The position numbers and the translations under genes were made by a program. This document shows positions 50,558 to 60,568 of a stretch of DNA of 64,000 bases, piece after piece. This stretch comes from an uncultured Acidobacteriota bacterium (lineage in GTDB: Bacteria; Acidobacteriota; UBA6911), in assembly GCA_963809485.1 (NCBI GenBank), contig CAWEJX010000020.1:640001-704000 (forward strand), given 5' to 3'. Each line of letters starts with the position of its first letter. Positions within the stretch are counted from its first letter, which is position 1. Below the pieces are notes generated by a model. It was not told the origin of the DNA and made no database searches. It saw only the letters and a program-made list of their open reading frames with translations.

Positions 50558-52135
50558 TTGAATCGGAGGAGTTCCAGCCGGAATGCGGTTTTCGTGGGGG
50601 CGGGCATCCTGCTCAGCCGCATCATCGGGCTGGTGAGGGAGCGCCTGTTCGCCCACTACTTCGGGAATACGGACGCAGCCGACGCCTTCAAGGCCGCCTT
50701 GAAAATTCCGAACCTGCTTCAAAACCTCTTCGGCGAGGGAGCCCTGTCCTCCTCCTTCATCCCGGTCTACGCCAACCTTCTGGCATCCGGCAAGGAACAG
50801 GAAGCAAACCGCGTAGCCAAGGTCATCGGGTCCATTCTGGCCCTGGCGATGTCGGTCCTGGTTCTCGCGGGAGTGCTCGCGACACCGTTTCTGATAGATT
50901 TCATTGCTCCCGGATTTTCCGGTGTCAAGCGTGATTTTACCGTCCGGATGGTGCGGATCCTCTTCCCGGGCGTCGGGATCCTTGTTCTTTCCGCATGGTG
51001 CCTGGGAATCCTGAACAGCCATCGGCGCTTTTTTCTGCCGTATGCCGCTCCGGTGCTTTGGAACCTGGCCATGATCGGCGCGCTTCTTGGCTTTGGCGCA
51101 AGCCTTCAATCATACCCGCTGGCCGAAATCGTTGCCTGGGGATCGGTCGCGGGAAGCGTTCTTCAGTTCGGAGTGCAAATTCCGTCGGTTCTAAAGCTGG
51201 CGGGGCGCATGCGTTTTCAGGTCGAAATCGCCTCCCAGAACACCCGGACAGTCATACGGAATTTTTTGCCGGGGGTTGCGGGCCGGGGCGTGAACCAGGT
51301 AAGCAGTTATATAGATGCCATCCTGTGCAGTTTCCTTCCCACGGGGGCGGTGGCTGCGCTTGCGTATGTCCAGACGCTATATCTTCTGCCCGTCAGCCTC
51401 TTCGGCATGTCCGTTTCGAACGCCGAGTTGCCCGAGATGGCGGGCCAGACGGGTTCGGCGGATGCCGTGTCGGAAGCTCTCCGCCGGCGCCTCAATGCGG
51501 CGCTGGAGCGCATTTCATTCTTCATTGTCCCCTCGGTGGCCGCATTTCTGGCGCTGGGCGACAGCATCGTTGCGCTTGTTTACCAGACAGGCAAGTTCAC
51601 AAGAGGCGATGTGGAATATGTCTGGGCAGCGCTGGCAGGATACACCCTAGGGCTTCTGGCCGCCACTTTGGGACGTTTATACACTTCCGCATTCTGGGCA
51701 CTGAGAGATACCCGCACTCCGCTGCGCTTTGCCAGTCTGAGAGTGGGACTGGCGTCAGCCTTGGGTTGGCTGCTGGCCTTCCCGTTGCCTGAATGGCTCG
51801 GGATATCTCCCCGCCTGGGCCTGGTTGGCTTGACGATGGCTGCGGGTCTCGCAGCCTGGACCGAATTTTGCCTCCTGCGCTCCTCGATGAACCGAAGGAT
51901 CGGCAAAACAGGTTTGAATTCTCGCTACCTGGCGAAACTGTGGATCATCTCGATCGGCGCGGCCGGTGCAGCGTTTGTGGTAAAACTGCTGATGGGGGGA
52001 CTGCCCCCGTTGCTGTCGGGACCCACGGTGCTGGCCGTCTTCGGATTCGCATTTTTCCTGGGTTCGGCCGCCCTGCGCATACCGTACGCGCTCGATCTGC
52101 TTCAGTCGATCCATGCCAGGATGAGAAGAAATTAG
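50558..52135 (+). CDS. murJ: Lipid II flippase MurJ/MviN
   Basis: SRIIGLVRE, ADAF, IPNLLQNLFGEGALS, LPVSLFG and DTRTP motifs. Confidence 0.93.
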   Translation: MNRRSSSRNAVFVGAGILLSRIIGLVRERLFAHYFGNTDAADAFKAALKIPNLLQNLFGEGALSSSFIPVYANLLASGKEQEANRVAKVIGSILALAMSVLVLAGVLATPFLIDFIAPGFSGVKRDFTVRMVRILFPGVGILVLSAWCLGILNSHRRFFLPYAAPVLWNLAMIGALLGFGASLQSYPLAEIVAWGSVAGSVLQFGVQIPSVLKLAGRMRFQVEIASQNTRTVIRNFLPGVAGRGVNQVSSYIDAILCSFLPTGAVAALAYVQTLYLLPVSLFGMSVSNAELPEMAGQTGSADAVSEALRRRLNAALERISFFIVPSVAAFLALGDSIVALVYQTGKFTRGDVEYVWAALAGYTLGLLAATLGRLYTSAFWALRDTRTPLRFASLRVGLASALGWLLAFPLPEWLGISPRLGLVGLTMAAGLAAWTEFCLLRSSMNRRIGKTGLNSRYLAKLWIISIGAAGAAFVVKLLMGGLPPLLSGPTVLAVFGFAFFLGSAALRIPYALDLLQSIHARMRRN

Positions 52136-52158
52136 CAGCCTGATATACCCTTGATGAA

Positions 52159-52239
52159 ACGCCGACGCACGCGGACAGTCGCGCCGACAATCGCCGAAAA
52201 AGCCACTTCGTCAGCGCTCCGGTCGGCGCATATCAGCGT
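52159..52239. repeat. 4x RCGCYGA element plus inverted partial copy
   Basis: ACGCCGA 52159, ACGCGGA 52169, GCGCCGA 52181, TCGCCGA 52191; inverted TCAGCGC 52211, TCGGCGC 52223, TCAGCGT 52233. Confidence 0.72.
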
Positions 52240-52811
52240 TGTTCAAAAAAGGCAGACAGAGCTTTGATCTTCGGCTGCAGCGCTTTGAACTCTTCGGTCC
52301 CGGCGCGGCGCAGCCATTCGAAAACAACCGCTTCTGTCGTGGTAAGAACCAATCCGGCCTGGCTCAGTCTTTGAAGGGCAATCTGCGCGTCCAATGGTCT
52401 CCGGGACGAGGTTGCATCGGCAATGACGAAAACTCTCTTTGCGCCGGCGGCGAGATCCATGGCCGTCTGTGCGACACAGATGTGAGTTTCAATGCCTGCC
52501 AGCAAAATCTGATCGCGCTCGAGCGATGCCAGACTTTCTTCAAAGCCGGGCGCGGGGAAGCACGAGAAGTCCATTTTGGCAAGAGGTTGAACCTCGGGTA
52601 TAAGCCGGCGGATTTCCCCGATGGTAGGACCCAGCCCTCGCGGATTCTGCTCCGTCAGAAGTATGGGAACGCCGAGGAGCTTCGCAGCAGTCAACAACAG
52701 GTCCGTATTCGCGAGCATTCGTTGGTGTTCGTGGATGTTAGGGAACAACCGCTCCTGGACATCAATAAGCACCACTGCACTGCGGCCTCGATCCAATAGC
52801 TCAGCATTCAT
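52233..52811 (-). CDS. Isochorismatase-family hydrolase (YcaC/ISOC-like)
   Basis: [18 protein letters not shown], KxxFSC and [11 protein letters not shown] motifs. Confidence 0.92.
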   Translation of the reverse strand: MNAELLDRGRSAVVLIDVQERLFPNIHEHQRMLANTDLLLTAAKLLGVPILLTEQNPRGLGPTIGEIRRLIPEVQPLAKMDFSCFPAPGFEESLASLERDQILLAGIETHICVAQTAMDLAAGAKRVFVIADATSSRRPLDAQIALQRLSQAGLVLTTTEAVVFEWLRRAGTEEFKALQPKIKALSAFFEQR

Positions 52812-52921
52812 TGCATTTTCCCCCGGTCTTTATAAGTAACACAGGAACCACACTTCCTACGATAGAATTTGTGGCCATGAATGGATCAAATGGATTAATC
52901 TATTGGAATTCCCAAAGGAGA

Positions 52922-53677
52922 ATGAAAGTGAAAAAGATTGTACTTCTAAGGCACGGAGAGAGCGTCTGGAATAAAGAAAACCTGTTTACAGGCTGGACCG
53001 ACGTGGACCTCAGTGAAAAAGGGACTCAGGAAGCCATCGATGCCGGACGGCTTCTGCGCTCCGAGGGATACGTTTTCGATGTTGCATTCACGTCGGTGTT
53101 GAAGCGGGCGATCAAGACCTTGTGGCTCACACTGGAGCAAATGGACCTCATGTGGATCCCTGTTTATAACAGCTGGCGTCTGAACGAGAGGCATTACGGC
53201 GCGCTTCAGGGCCTCAACAAGGTCGCCATGGTGGATCGTTTCGGCGCTGAACAGGTCCAGCTCTGGCGCCGGAGCTACGACATCCGCCCGCCCGATCTCA
53301 GTCTGGACGACGAACGCTCGCCGGCAAGAGATCCCCGTTACGCACAGCTGAAGAAGGAGGAGATCCCCCTGGCCGAGTGTCTCAAGGACACGGTTGCGCG
53401 CGTCCTTCCCTATTGGCTGGACACCATAGCCCCGGTTGTCCGATCCGGGCAGCGCGTCATCGTATCGGCGCACGGCAACAGTATGAGAGCCCTGGTGAAG
53501 TATCTCGACAAAATGCCGGATCAGGAGATCGTTGCGCTGAACATACCCACGGGCATTCCCATGGTCTATGAATTCAATGACGAAATGCAGCCGGTCCGGC
53601 GCTATTACCTCGGGGATCCGGAAGCCGTCAAAAAGGCGGAGCAGGCGGTCGCCAATCAGACGAGCAAGAAAAAGTAG
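52922..53677 (+). CDS. gpmA: 2,3-bisphosphoglycerate-dependent phosphoglycerate mutase
   Basis: [29 protein letters not shown] and AHGNS motifs. Confidence 0.97.
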   Translation: MKVKKIVLLRHGESVWNKENLFTGWTDVDLSEKGTQEAIDAGRLLRSEGYVFDVAFTSVLKRAIKTLWLTLEQMDLMWIPVYNSWRLNERHYGALQGLNKVAMVDRFGAEQVQLWRRSYDIRPPDLSLDDERSPARDPRYAQLKKEEIPLAECLKDTVARVLPYWLDTIAPVVRSGQRVIVSAHGNSMRALVKYLDKMPDQEIVALNIPTGIPMVYEFNDEMQPVRRYYLGDPEAVKKAEQAVANQTSKKK

Positions 53678-53744
53678 GGGCAGGCGGAAGGCTGCCCGTT
53701 GGAGGGATTCCCCTGACTCTCGCGGGGGGGCATCCCAGCTGCCG

Positions 53745-55505
53745 CTAGGCATTGACAGCTTCGGGCACGTCCCCTGTGTCCGCACGCAGGTATTTTTGAA
53801 GCTGAGGCCGGATCGTGGCCAGGAGCTCTTTGCGGCTTTTTATTTTGAGCGGAGTTCCCGGATATATCTTTCCCATGCGTGCCATCCATTTTTCGGGCAG
53901 TGCGCCTGCGAACAACAACAGAGGCCAGGTGAACTTCGGTCCGTTCAGCTTACGCAAGCGGAAGAGCCATAATCCAAATGCGCCCAGCTTCCAGATCGCG
54001 GGCGCCCACCACTTGAACTGTGCGCCGCGCAGGTTCATCTCCCAGCACTTCATCATTAGTTGCCACTGCAGGGACGTAAGCTGCCGAGTCTCGGCAACTC
54101 CTTCCTGTTCGGCCATCCGGGTATCGTGCAGAGGCGTGAATATCGACGGGATGAAAAAAGCAAAAAGATTTCTGCGTTCGGCTTCATATACAAGATCCAG
54201 CGTGGCCCGCGTATCTTCATCCGTCTCTCCGGGGCTTCCGATGATCAGAGTCGCCACGGGAAACCAGTTATTCCGGTTCATGATCGTCAATCCCTGAATG
54301 AACACGCTCGGCCACTCCTCGATAGGAAACGGCGCGGATTTGCCCGGCATAATTTCTTTCGCCAGGCGAACCGATCCAGTCTCGAGGCCTATCAACGGCG
54401 AAAGCATCTTCTTATCAGGATGAGTGCTGACGCTTGGCAGATGTATCGGGCTTTTCTTCAGCAGGATGCCCGACAGCTTCTCGATGAGAAGGGGATCCAC
54501 AACAGCCGGAGCCATGGTGCTGTGGCTGAGAACGATCTGCTCGACTCCCGGCACATTCGCAATTTCCGCATACAGGTCTAACAGTGCTTCCCGGTTCGGG
54601 AAATAAAAGGGCGTGTCTGTATGTATCTGCCCCCAGATAAACATGTCTTCGGTCGCAAGCGAGATTTGCCTGTTTCCATTCCGGACATTGGCTTGGAGCG
54701 CGGTCATGATGCTTTCCTTGGGCAAATCCAGCTGCGGGCTCAAATCAGGCAGGCAGAAACGGCACCTTCTACCGCATCCAGTGGTCATTTCCACAACGCC
54801 AAAGGTGGTGCGTTTGGCGGGCTGAAGGATGCCGCCTGCATCCTTCGGATGGGCAACTTCAACCCTCTGAGGCAGGTTTTCACCGGCGATAGCCTTCCGG
54901 AACAGATCCAGAGTTTCCGTCGATTCACTTCTCCCTTCGACGACACAGTCGATGCCAAGTTCCTCGTGGCTGTTCGTTTCTGCTATCTGCCAGGATCCGG
55001 ACCCTCCCACGATCACTTTGAAGTTTTTGTGCCAGGGGTTTTCCTTGAGGCTCAGGAACAGCTGCCGGGAGTAATGGGAGTTGATCGGGAGCTTGGACGT
55101 GCCGAACACGGAAGTGTACACGCCTGCGGCAAAAGTAACTCCCAGGGGATTATGGGTGGAAACGGCCACCACACGAGTATTGGGGCCGATATACCTGTGC
55201 AGATCGTCGGGGTAACAGGCGAGGATGTCTTCCGGGGGGCAAATGCGAAGCAGCGATGCTTCCAGGACCCTTATGCCGGCCGGCATCGATCGCGCCGATC
55301 CATCCGCTTCGCGTTCGAGTTCGCGCCATCGGGGATACCTGCGATTCATGACCCCTTCCATCCAGACAGGCATCGATGCCATGGCCATTTGAATGAAAAA
55401 GCCCGCATGATCGATGATCTCCGTCAGCGGCGCCGTCAAAACAATAAGTTTGCCCCCATCGGACGGGGAGGACGAGGAAATTTCTTTGGCCTGAGTGTCC
55501 TGCAT
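53745..55505 (-). CDS. Radical SAM protein with N-terminal B12-binding-like domain
   Basis: GCGRRCRFC, VIVGGSG and IGLETGS motifs. Confidence 0.85.
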   Translation of the reverse strand: MQDTQAKEISSSSPSDGGKLIVLTAPLTEIIDHAGFFIQMAMASMPVWMEGVMNRRYPRWRELEREADGSARSMPAGIRVLEASLLRICPPEDILACYPDDLHRYIGPNTRVVAVSTHNPLGVTFAAGVYTSVFGTSKLPINSHYSRQLFLSLKENPWHKNFKVIVGGSGSWQIAETNSHEELGIDCVVEGRSESTETLDLFRKAIAGENLPQRVEVAHPKDAGGILQPAKRTTFGVVEMTTGCGRRCRFCLPDLSPQLDLPKESIMTALQANVRNGNRQISLATEDMFIWGQIHTDTPFYFPNREALLDLYAEIANVPGVEQIVLSHSTMAPAVVDPLLIEKLSGILLKKSPIHLPSVSTHPDKKMLSPLIGLETGSVRLAKEIMPGKSAPFPIEEWPSVFIQGLTIMNRNNWFPVATLIIGSPGETDEDTRATLDLVYEAERRNLFAFFIPSIFTPLHDTRMAEQEGVAETRQLTSLQWQLMMKCWEMNLRGAQFKWWAPAIWKLGAFGLWLFRLRKLNGPKFTWPLLLFAGALPEKWMARMGKIYPGTPLKIKSRKELLATIRPQLQKYLRADTGDVPEAVNA

Positions 55506-55520
55506 GGAATGAGATGTCCT

Positions 55521-55976
55521 TTATCGCTCGCCTGCACTGCGCCGTGGGGGCAGTGAAAAAAACTTTCTATAGTGGTCGGGCAGCCGGGCCGGGCGGTATT
55601 GCGCATTGGCTACCACATGAGCCGTCTCCCCCGTAGCGAGCAGACGGCCGCTGCCCTTTTCGCATATTTCGTATCGATAGCGGATAACCTTTTCCGTAGC
55701 TCTTGCCAGCGACGTCCTTATCAGAATATCCTCCGCAAAATGAGCGGGGGCCTTGTAGCGGCAGCTTGCTTCCGCAACCATCAGGAACCGCTGGTCCCTG
55801 GATTCCATTTCGGCATAACGAAATCCCTTTGCCTTGCACCACGCTACTCTGCCGACTTCGAACCAGACCAGGTAGTTGGCATAATAGACAATTCCCATCT
55901 GGTCGGTTTCCGCATAGCGGACACTCACGACAGTATCGACAAAATCGGTTTTCGCCGCATCTCTGTTCATCTGCAA
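55521..55976 (-). CDS. Acyl-CoA thioesterase (YbgC/FadM hotdog family)
   Basis: VRYAETDQMGIVYYANYLVWFEVGR. Confidence 0.92.
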   Translation of the reverse strand: MQMNRDAAKTDFVDTVVSVRYAETDQMGIVYYANYLVWFEVGRVAWCKAKGFRYAEMESRDQRFLMVAEASCRYKAPAHFAEDILIRTSLARATEKVIRYRYEICEKGSGRLLATGETAHVVANAQYRPARLPDHYRKFFSLPPRRSAGER

Positions 55977-56169
55977 TTATTCCGGGGAGGCATCATACCA
56001 CCTTCTCGCAGGATTTTTACAGGTTTTGCATAGTGCGCCTGCAAGCCTCCATGCCTCCAGAACTCCAGGGTGCCTCGGCGCGGAGATGCAATCACTTCCC
56101 TGGCAAATTTCGAATGGAGTGTCTAGAATGTAGCGGTTTCAGGAGCAGTATCTTTAAGGGTTCAAAGTC

Positions 56170-57363
56170 ATGTTCTCAGGGATTACGGCGAAACTTCATG
56201 GCGAGGCGAATGCCCTTTACCGGCTGCGGGACACTCTTAGGGCTCAGGGGCGCGCCATTCGCGATTTCGTTTCAGGCAATATCAACGAACACGGATTTGC
56301 TTTTCCCCAATACCTCCTTGAAGAAATCCTGGTCCAGGCATCCCGCCGTTGCCGGATATATCGTCCGGATTCCTTTGGCCAAAAGCATGCGCGCGAGGCC
56401 GTGGCCGGCTATTACCGTGCCGGCGGCCATGAGGTGGACCCCGGGTGCATACTGATCACGCCCGGTACCAGCCTGTCTTACTGGTATTGTTTTAAGCTTC
56501 TGGCGGACGAGGGGGACGAGATTCTTTGCCCCTGCCCCTCCTACCCCCTCTTTGATTACATCGCCCTTCTGAGCGGGATCAAACTCATTCCCTATCGGCT
56601 CGATGAAACCCGGAACTGGGCCATAGACATCGATCAACTGGAAGCCTGCATATCCACCCGGACGCGGGCTCTGGTTTTGATTTCTCCGCATAATCCAACG
56701 GGGCATGTCGCTTCGGCCGGTGAGATTGACGGATTGGCCGATGTGGCGCGCCGCCATGAACTGGCGATCATCAGCGACGAAGTTTTCAGCGATTTCCTTC
56801 TTCAGAGCGGATCCTTGCCTCGTCCCGCCGGCTGCGCGGCGCCGCTGGTTTTCACCCTCAACGGTTTTTCAAAAATGTTCGCCCTGCCTGGACTCAAATT
56901 CGGGTGGATGGCCGTGACGGGAGATCCGGAGCCGGTCCGGCGTGCCATGCGTTCTTTGGAACTGATTTCCGACACATTTCTCCCCGTGAACGAAATCGTT
57001 CAGGCCGCAGCGCCCGAAATCATGAAACGCGGCAGGGACATCCGAATGGAATTTGCCCGGCGGATACGCGCATCCTGGGAATGCGTCGAAGAATTCCTCC
57101 CGCTCTGCCTTCATTGCAGTTGTGTAAAACCCCAGGGCGGCTTTTACACGACTCTCCGCCTTGACGGGATTCATGAAGAGAGGGCAGCGGAAGCCATTTT
57201 GTGCGATAGGAATATACTTGTGCACCCGGGTTACTTCTATGACATGAGTCCCGACCACCTCGTCCTGAGTTTTGTGCAGGAGTTGGAGGTACTTAGGGAT
57301 TCTCTCCCGGGAATAATGGAAACCCTCAACAGATTGGCCAGCAGGCCGGAGGCACTCAGATGA
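56170..57363 (+). CDS. PLP-dependent aminotransferase class I/II
   Basis: PSYPLF, SPHNPTG, SDEVF and GFSKMFALPGLKFGW motifs. Confidence 0.92.
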   Translation: MFSGITAKLHGEANALYRLRDTLRAQGRAIRDFVSGNINEHGFAFPQYLLEEILVQASRRCRIYRPDSFGQKHAREAVAGYYRAGGHEVDPGCILITPGTSLSYWYCFKLLADEGDEILCPCPSYPLFDYIALLSGIKLIPYRLDETRNWAIDIDQLEACISTRTRALVLISPHNPTGHVASAGEIDGLADVARRHELAIISDEVFSDFLLQSGSLPRPAGCAAPLVFTLNGFSKMFALPGLKFGWMAVTGDPEPVRRAMRSLELISDTFLPVNEIVQAAAPEIMKRGRDIRMEFARRIRASWECVEEFLPLCLHCSCVKPQGGFYTTLRLDGIHEERAAEAILCDRNILVHPGYFYDMSPDHLVLSFVQELEVLRDSLPGIMETLNRLASRPEALR

Positions 57364-58151
57364 CCACAGAAAACGGGGGGCAGAAATCCTCCAAATACAT
57401 ACGCTATCGATATCAGGGCAGGGATTGCTACGGGATTCTGGATGGAGAAACTGTAAGAGAGATTCGCGGCGGCTTATTTGGAGACTGTGCCGAAACAGGT
57501 GCTTCCATGGCATTGAACTCGGTTCAGCCGTTATGGCCTTGTGAACCGTCCAAAATAATGGCTGTAGGTTTGAATTACAGAAGCCATATTCCCGACCGGC
57601 CGATCCCCAAAAATCCCGAATTCTTCTTTGTCCCGACTTCAGCCCTGCTGGAGCCCGAAGGCAAAATCGTGCTTCCTGCGGATGCCCGGCAGGTTCACTA
57701 CGAGGGCGAACTGGTGATCGTCATCGGCCGGGTAACACGCCGTGTAACAGCGTCCGAGGCGAATGAGTGCATTTTCGGATTTACCTGCGGGCATGACGTC
57801 AGCGAACGCGGCTGGCAGAAAAACGACCTCCAGTGGTGGCGAGCCAAGGGCTGCGACACCTTCTCGCCCATGGGGCCCGTCATCGCCAAAGGCTTCGACT
57901 GGCGCCAGGGCCGCGTCGAAACCCGCGTCAACGGAACAGTCGTCCAGTCGGGGCATTTTACCGAGTTGATTTACGATCCGCCTGCTCTGGTGAGTTTCGC
58001 AAGCCAGTATCTGACGCTTCTGCCCGGGGACGTGATTTACACGGGCACGCCCGGCAGCACCAGTGAACTGCGGCCGGGAGATTGCGTAGAAGTTGAGATC
58101 CCCGGCATAGGGATTCTGCGCAACACCGTTTCCGCATCCGGGGCCGTATGA
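57360..58151 (+). CDS. Fumarylacetoacetate hydrolase family protein
   Basis: VGLNYRSH, HYEGEL, DVSERGWQ, AKGCDTF and PGDVIYTGTPG motifs. Confidence 0.92.
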   Translation: MTTENGGQKSSKYIRYRYQGRDCYGILDGETVREIRGGLFGDCAETGASMALNSVQPLWPCEPSKIMAVGLNYRSHIPDRPIPKNPEFFFVPTSALLEPEGKIVLPADARQVHYEGELVIVIGRVTRRVTASEANECIFGFTCGHDVSERGWQKNDLQWWRAKGCDTFSPMGPVIAKGFDWRQGRVETRVNGTVVQSGHFTELIYDPPALVSFASQYLTLLPGDVIYTGTPGSTSELRPGDCVEVEIPGIGILRNTVSASGAV

Positions 58152-58235
58152 GTCAAAAAGCAGAATCAGCCCCCTGAGATCGATATCGGCACAGGTCTTT
58201 CGACGGCGATCCGGCTAGTCCCGGGCCTGCCCGGG

Positions 58236-59630
58236 CTATTCCTCAAACTTGAACGCGGCGCCCAGTTTCCTGGCGATCCGGTCCTTGATCCAGTGACCGT
58301 CCCACCATTCCACCGGATCCACCGGGAGCCCCTGGAGAAGGGTGCAGAAGTGCAGGTGATCGCCTCCGGCCAGGCCGGTTTCCCCCGTCCTCCCTATGAT
58401 GTCTCCCCGGGCGACGTTTTGTCCCTCGGTCACCGCGATAGAAGAAAGATGGCCGTAAATCGACTGCAGCCCGTATCCGTGATCGATCACGACGGCGTTG
58501 CCGTAAATGCCGAAAAATTTGGCATAGGCGACGATGCCGCTGTTGGCAGCGGGAATCGGCGCCTGTTTGGTGACAGCGAGATCATATCCGAGGTGAACCT
58601 GGTGATCGATTGTCCGTCCCTGATACTGGTAAGTTCTTCGTTCCGCAAAGGCGGCCATTACCTTGCCGTTGGGCATCATGACAAAAGGCCGGTTCCACAA
58701 AAATTCTGACTTCGATTTTGCGGCAAGAGATTTAAGCGTTTCGTCATTTAAACGGCGCAGGTCCCTGTTGATGGCCAGGTAGTTCTCCAGGGGATTCCCT
58801 CGGTCTTTGATTTCAGGAGTTTGCGACAGGATTTCCGGTACAACCTTTGCGAAAAAAGCATCGCTGACGTCAAGAGTGTCCGATTTGATCGGCTTCGGGA
58901 AAAACTTCTCGATGAAACCGATTTCGGCCCGGTTCCCCGCCGCATCTTCGGCTGCCAGCCGCACGTCAGGCTGCCCCATATCGTAAGGAACCGCGAAAAT
59001 GGCGAAACGGTCCTGCTTTCCTCCCCCGGGCAAAGGGTATCCCGGAAACCACCGGTTGCCGGATCGAACCCCGTCCCGCGTTGCGGTATTTCCAACACGG
59101 TAGGTAACAGCTTCACACCCGCCTTGAGCCACGTATGTCTGGATGGAGGTCAATTGAATGGATGGCGGAGTAAGCTGGACCGGCAAACTGATTTCCTCGA
59201 TTGTAGGACTGGGATGCCTGAGCCAGGTGCCCGCCCTGTCGGCAGTCACACGGATTGTGGCGGTTCCTCCGGTCAAGCTCGAGACGGCATCGCGCCCTGC
59301 TTCGACCTGCAGCACATCATTGGGTGTCTTGGGACCCCAGAAAGCAAGATGGGAACCGTAGAGGTAGCTCTTCTCCGCTAGCGTCGATACCTTGCCGTCC
59401 TGAACCAGCTCGACTTTTACGTGCGTCAATCCCCTCCGGGATTCGGAGACCTCAATTCCGACCGGCGTACGCTTCCCGATCACGGGCGTGCGCGGCTCGA
59501 TTTTGATGTCGACGGAACCTCCAGCACGGAAAATTTCTATTCCGAGGAAAACCAGCAAAATTGCAAGCACAACAATCGATGCTATCCTGAGTGAACATCC
59601 AGTATGAAATCTATCCTCAGCCATTTTCAT
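58236..59630 (-). CDS. Membrane-anchored M23 metallopeptidase
   Basis: HLGYD (HxxxD), YGNAVVIDHG, YGHLS and HLHF motifs; N-terminal TM helix. Confidence 0.92.
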   Translation of the reverse strand: MKMAEDRFHTGCSLRIASIVVLAILLVFLGIEIFRAGGSVDIKIEPRTPVIGKRTPVGIEVSESRRGLTHVKVELVQDGKVSTLAEKSYLYGSHLAFWGPKTPNDVLQVEAGRDAVSSLTGGTATIRVTADRAGTWLRHPSPTIEEISLPVQLTPPSIQLTSIQTYVAQGGCEAVTYRVGNTATRDGVRSGNRWFPGYPLPGGGKQDRFAIFAVPYDMGQPDVRLAAEDAAGNRAEIGFIEKFFPKPIKSDTLDVSDAFFAKVVPEILSQTPEIKDRGNPLENYLAINRDLRRLNDETLKSLAAKSKSEFLWNRPFVMMPNGKVMAAFAERRTYQYQGRTIDHQVHLGYDLAVTKQAPIPAANSGIVAYAKFFGIYGNAVVIDHGYGLQSIYGHLSSIAVTEGQNVARGDIIGRTGETGLAGGDHLHFCTLLQGLPVDPVEWWDGHWIKDRIARKLGAAFKFEE

Positions 59631-59743
59631 CCCATCGCCTCTTTTGAATTTCACCCGGCAGTTTACCATCCCGCAAGCTCATTTTGTCCAACCAAGTTTC
59701 GATAGCCGGATCGATTTGGAAAGGCGAAAGAGCAAGCTTATCC

Positions 59744-59823
59744 CACTGAACGCTGACGAACGTCTATGAAAGAAATATTATTTTCAGCGTTCGTCGACGT
59801 TTTTGTCAGCGTGTGTCAGCGTT
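59744..59823. repeat. 4x RCGCYGA element (minus strand) plus inverted partial copy
   Basis: TCAGCGT 59784, TCGACGT 59794, TCAGCGT 59806, TCAGCGT 59816; upstream ACGCTGA 59750 and ACGTCTA 59760. Confidence 0.75.
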
Positions 59824-60191
59824 ACAGGGCAAAGGCCAGTCCCCCGAACCACGAGCCCTGATATGGAAATGCCACTGTTATTTTGGACCAGTGCGCAAAA
59901 GCGGGCGGAACACCTGCCCCGCCAAATCCGAACATGCCCATGCCCGAGGTGCTGAGGTTGCCTTGCGGGTTTGCCTGGTGATGCACCCAGAGGTCCAGGT
60001 AGTCGTTCCTCAATTGCGCCACGCAGACCATAGCTTCGACGCCGGCAGGCGAGTTCATGGCACGGTGGATAGTGTATTCAATGATCTGATCAGCTTCGGC
60101 AAAACCTTTTTCAACAGCCACGAATTGCACGAACGCCGGGATCCGAATCCGCGCTGATTCGTGGCTGTATTGCTATTTTAAATGCTAGCCC

Positions 60192-60400
60192 TTATTTTCT
60201 ATGCCGCGGCACGGGGTCAATATCATTTGCTACCGCAAAATCGGCACTGTAATTCACGACGGCCCAGGCGGTCTTGGTGCTGGGATCGACGCCGTAGGTC
60301 CCAAGTCCATATTTCGCCTTATACGGACCAACAACGAATTTCCTGGTGCCGCTGAAATTCCTATCGACGGCGTTAATCCATTTGCCTTCGGAATAGTGGG
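60192..60400 (-). pseudogene. 3' remnant of an extracellular protein (C-terminal beta domain)
   Basis: GKWINAVDRNFSGTRKFVVGPYKAKYGLGTYGVDPSTKTAWAVVNYSADFAVA resembles a C-terminal domain I recall from large secreted proteins; the upstream part looks non-coding. Confidence 0.5.
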
Positions 60401-60568
60401 CATACGGGCTTCCTGCGACAAAGAAGCCCCTGTCCCAATATTTTCCGAGCTTCAAACAGCGGTAGAAGAACGAAACAGAAGCCACCAGCCAAATGTTATA
60501 ATGGTTTAATATCATTGGACGCGGCAGGAAATCATGCAACTATAGTGCAATTTCGGTGTAATTGGGCA

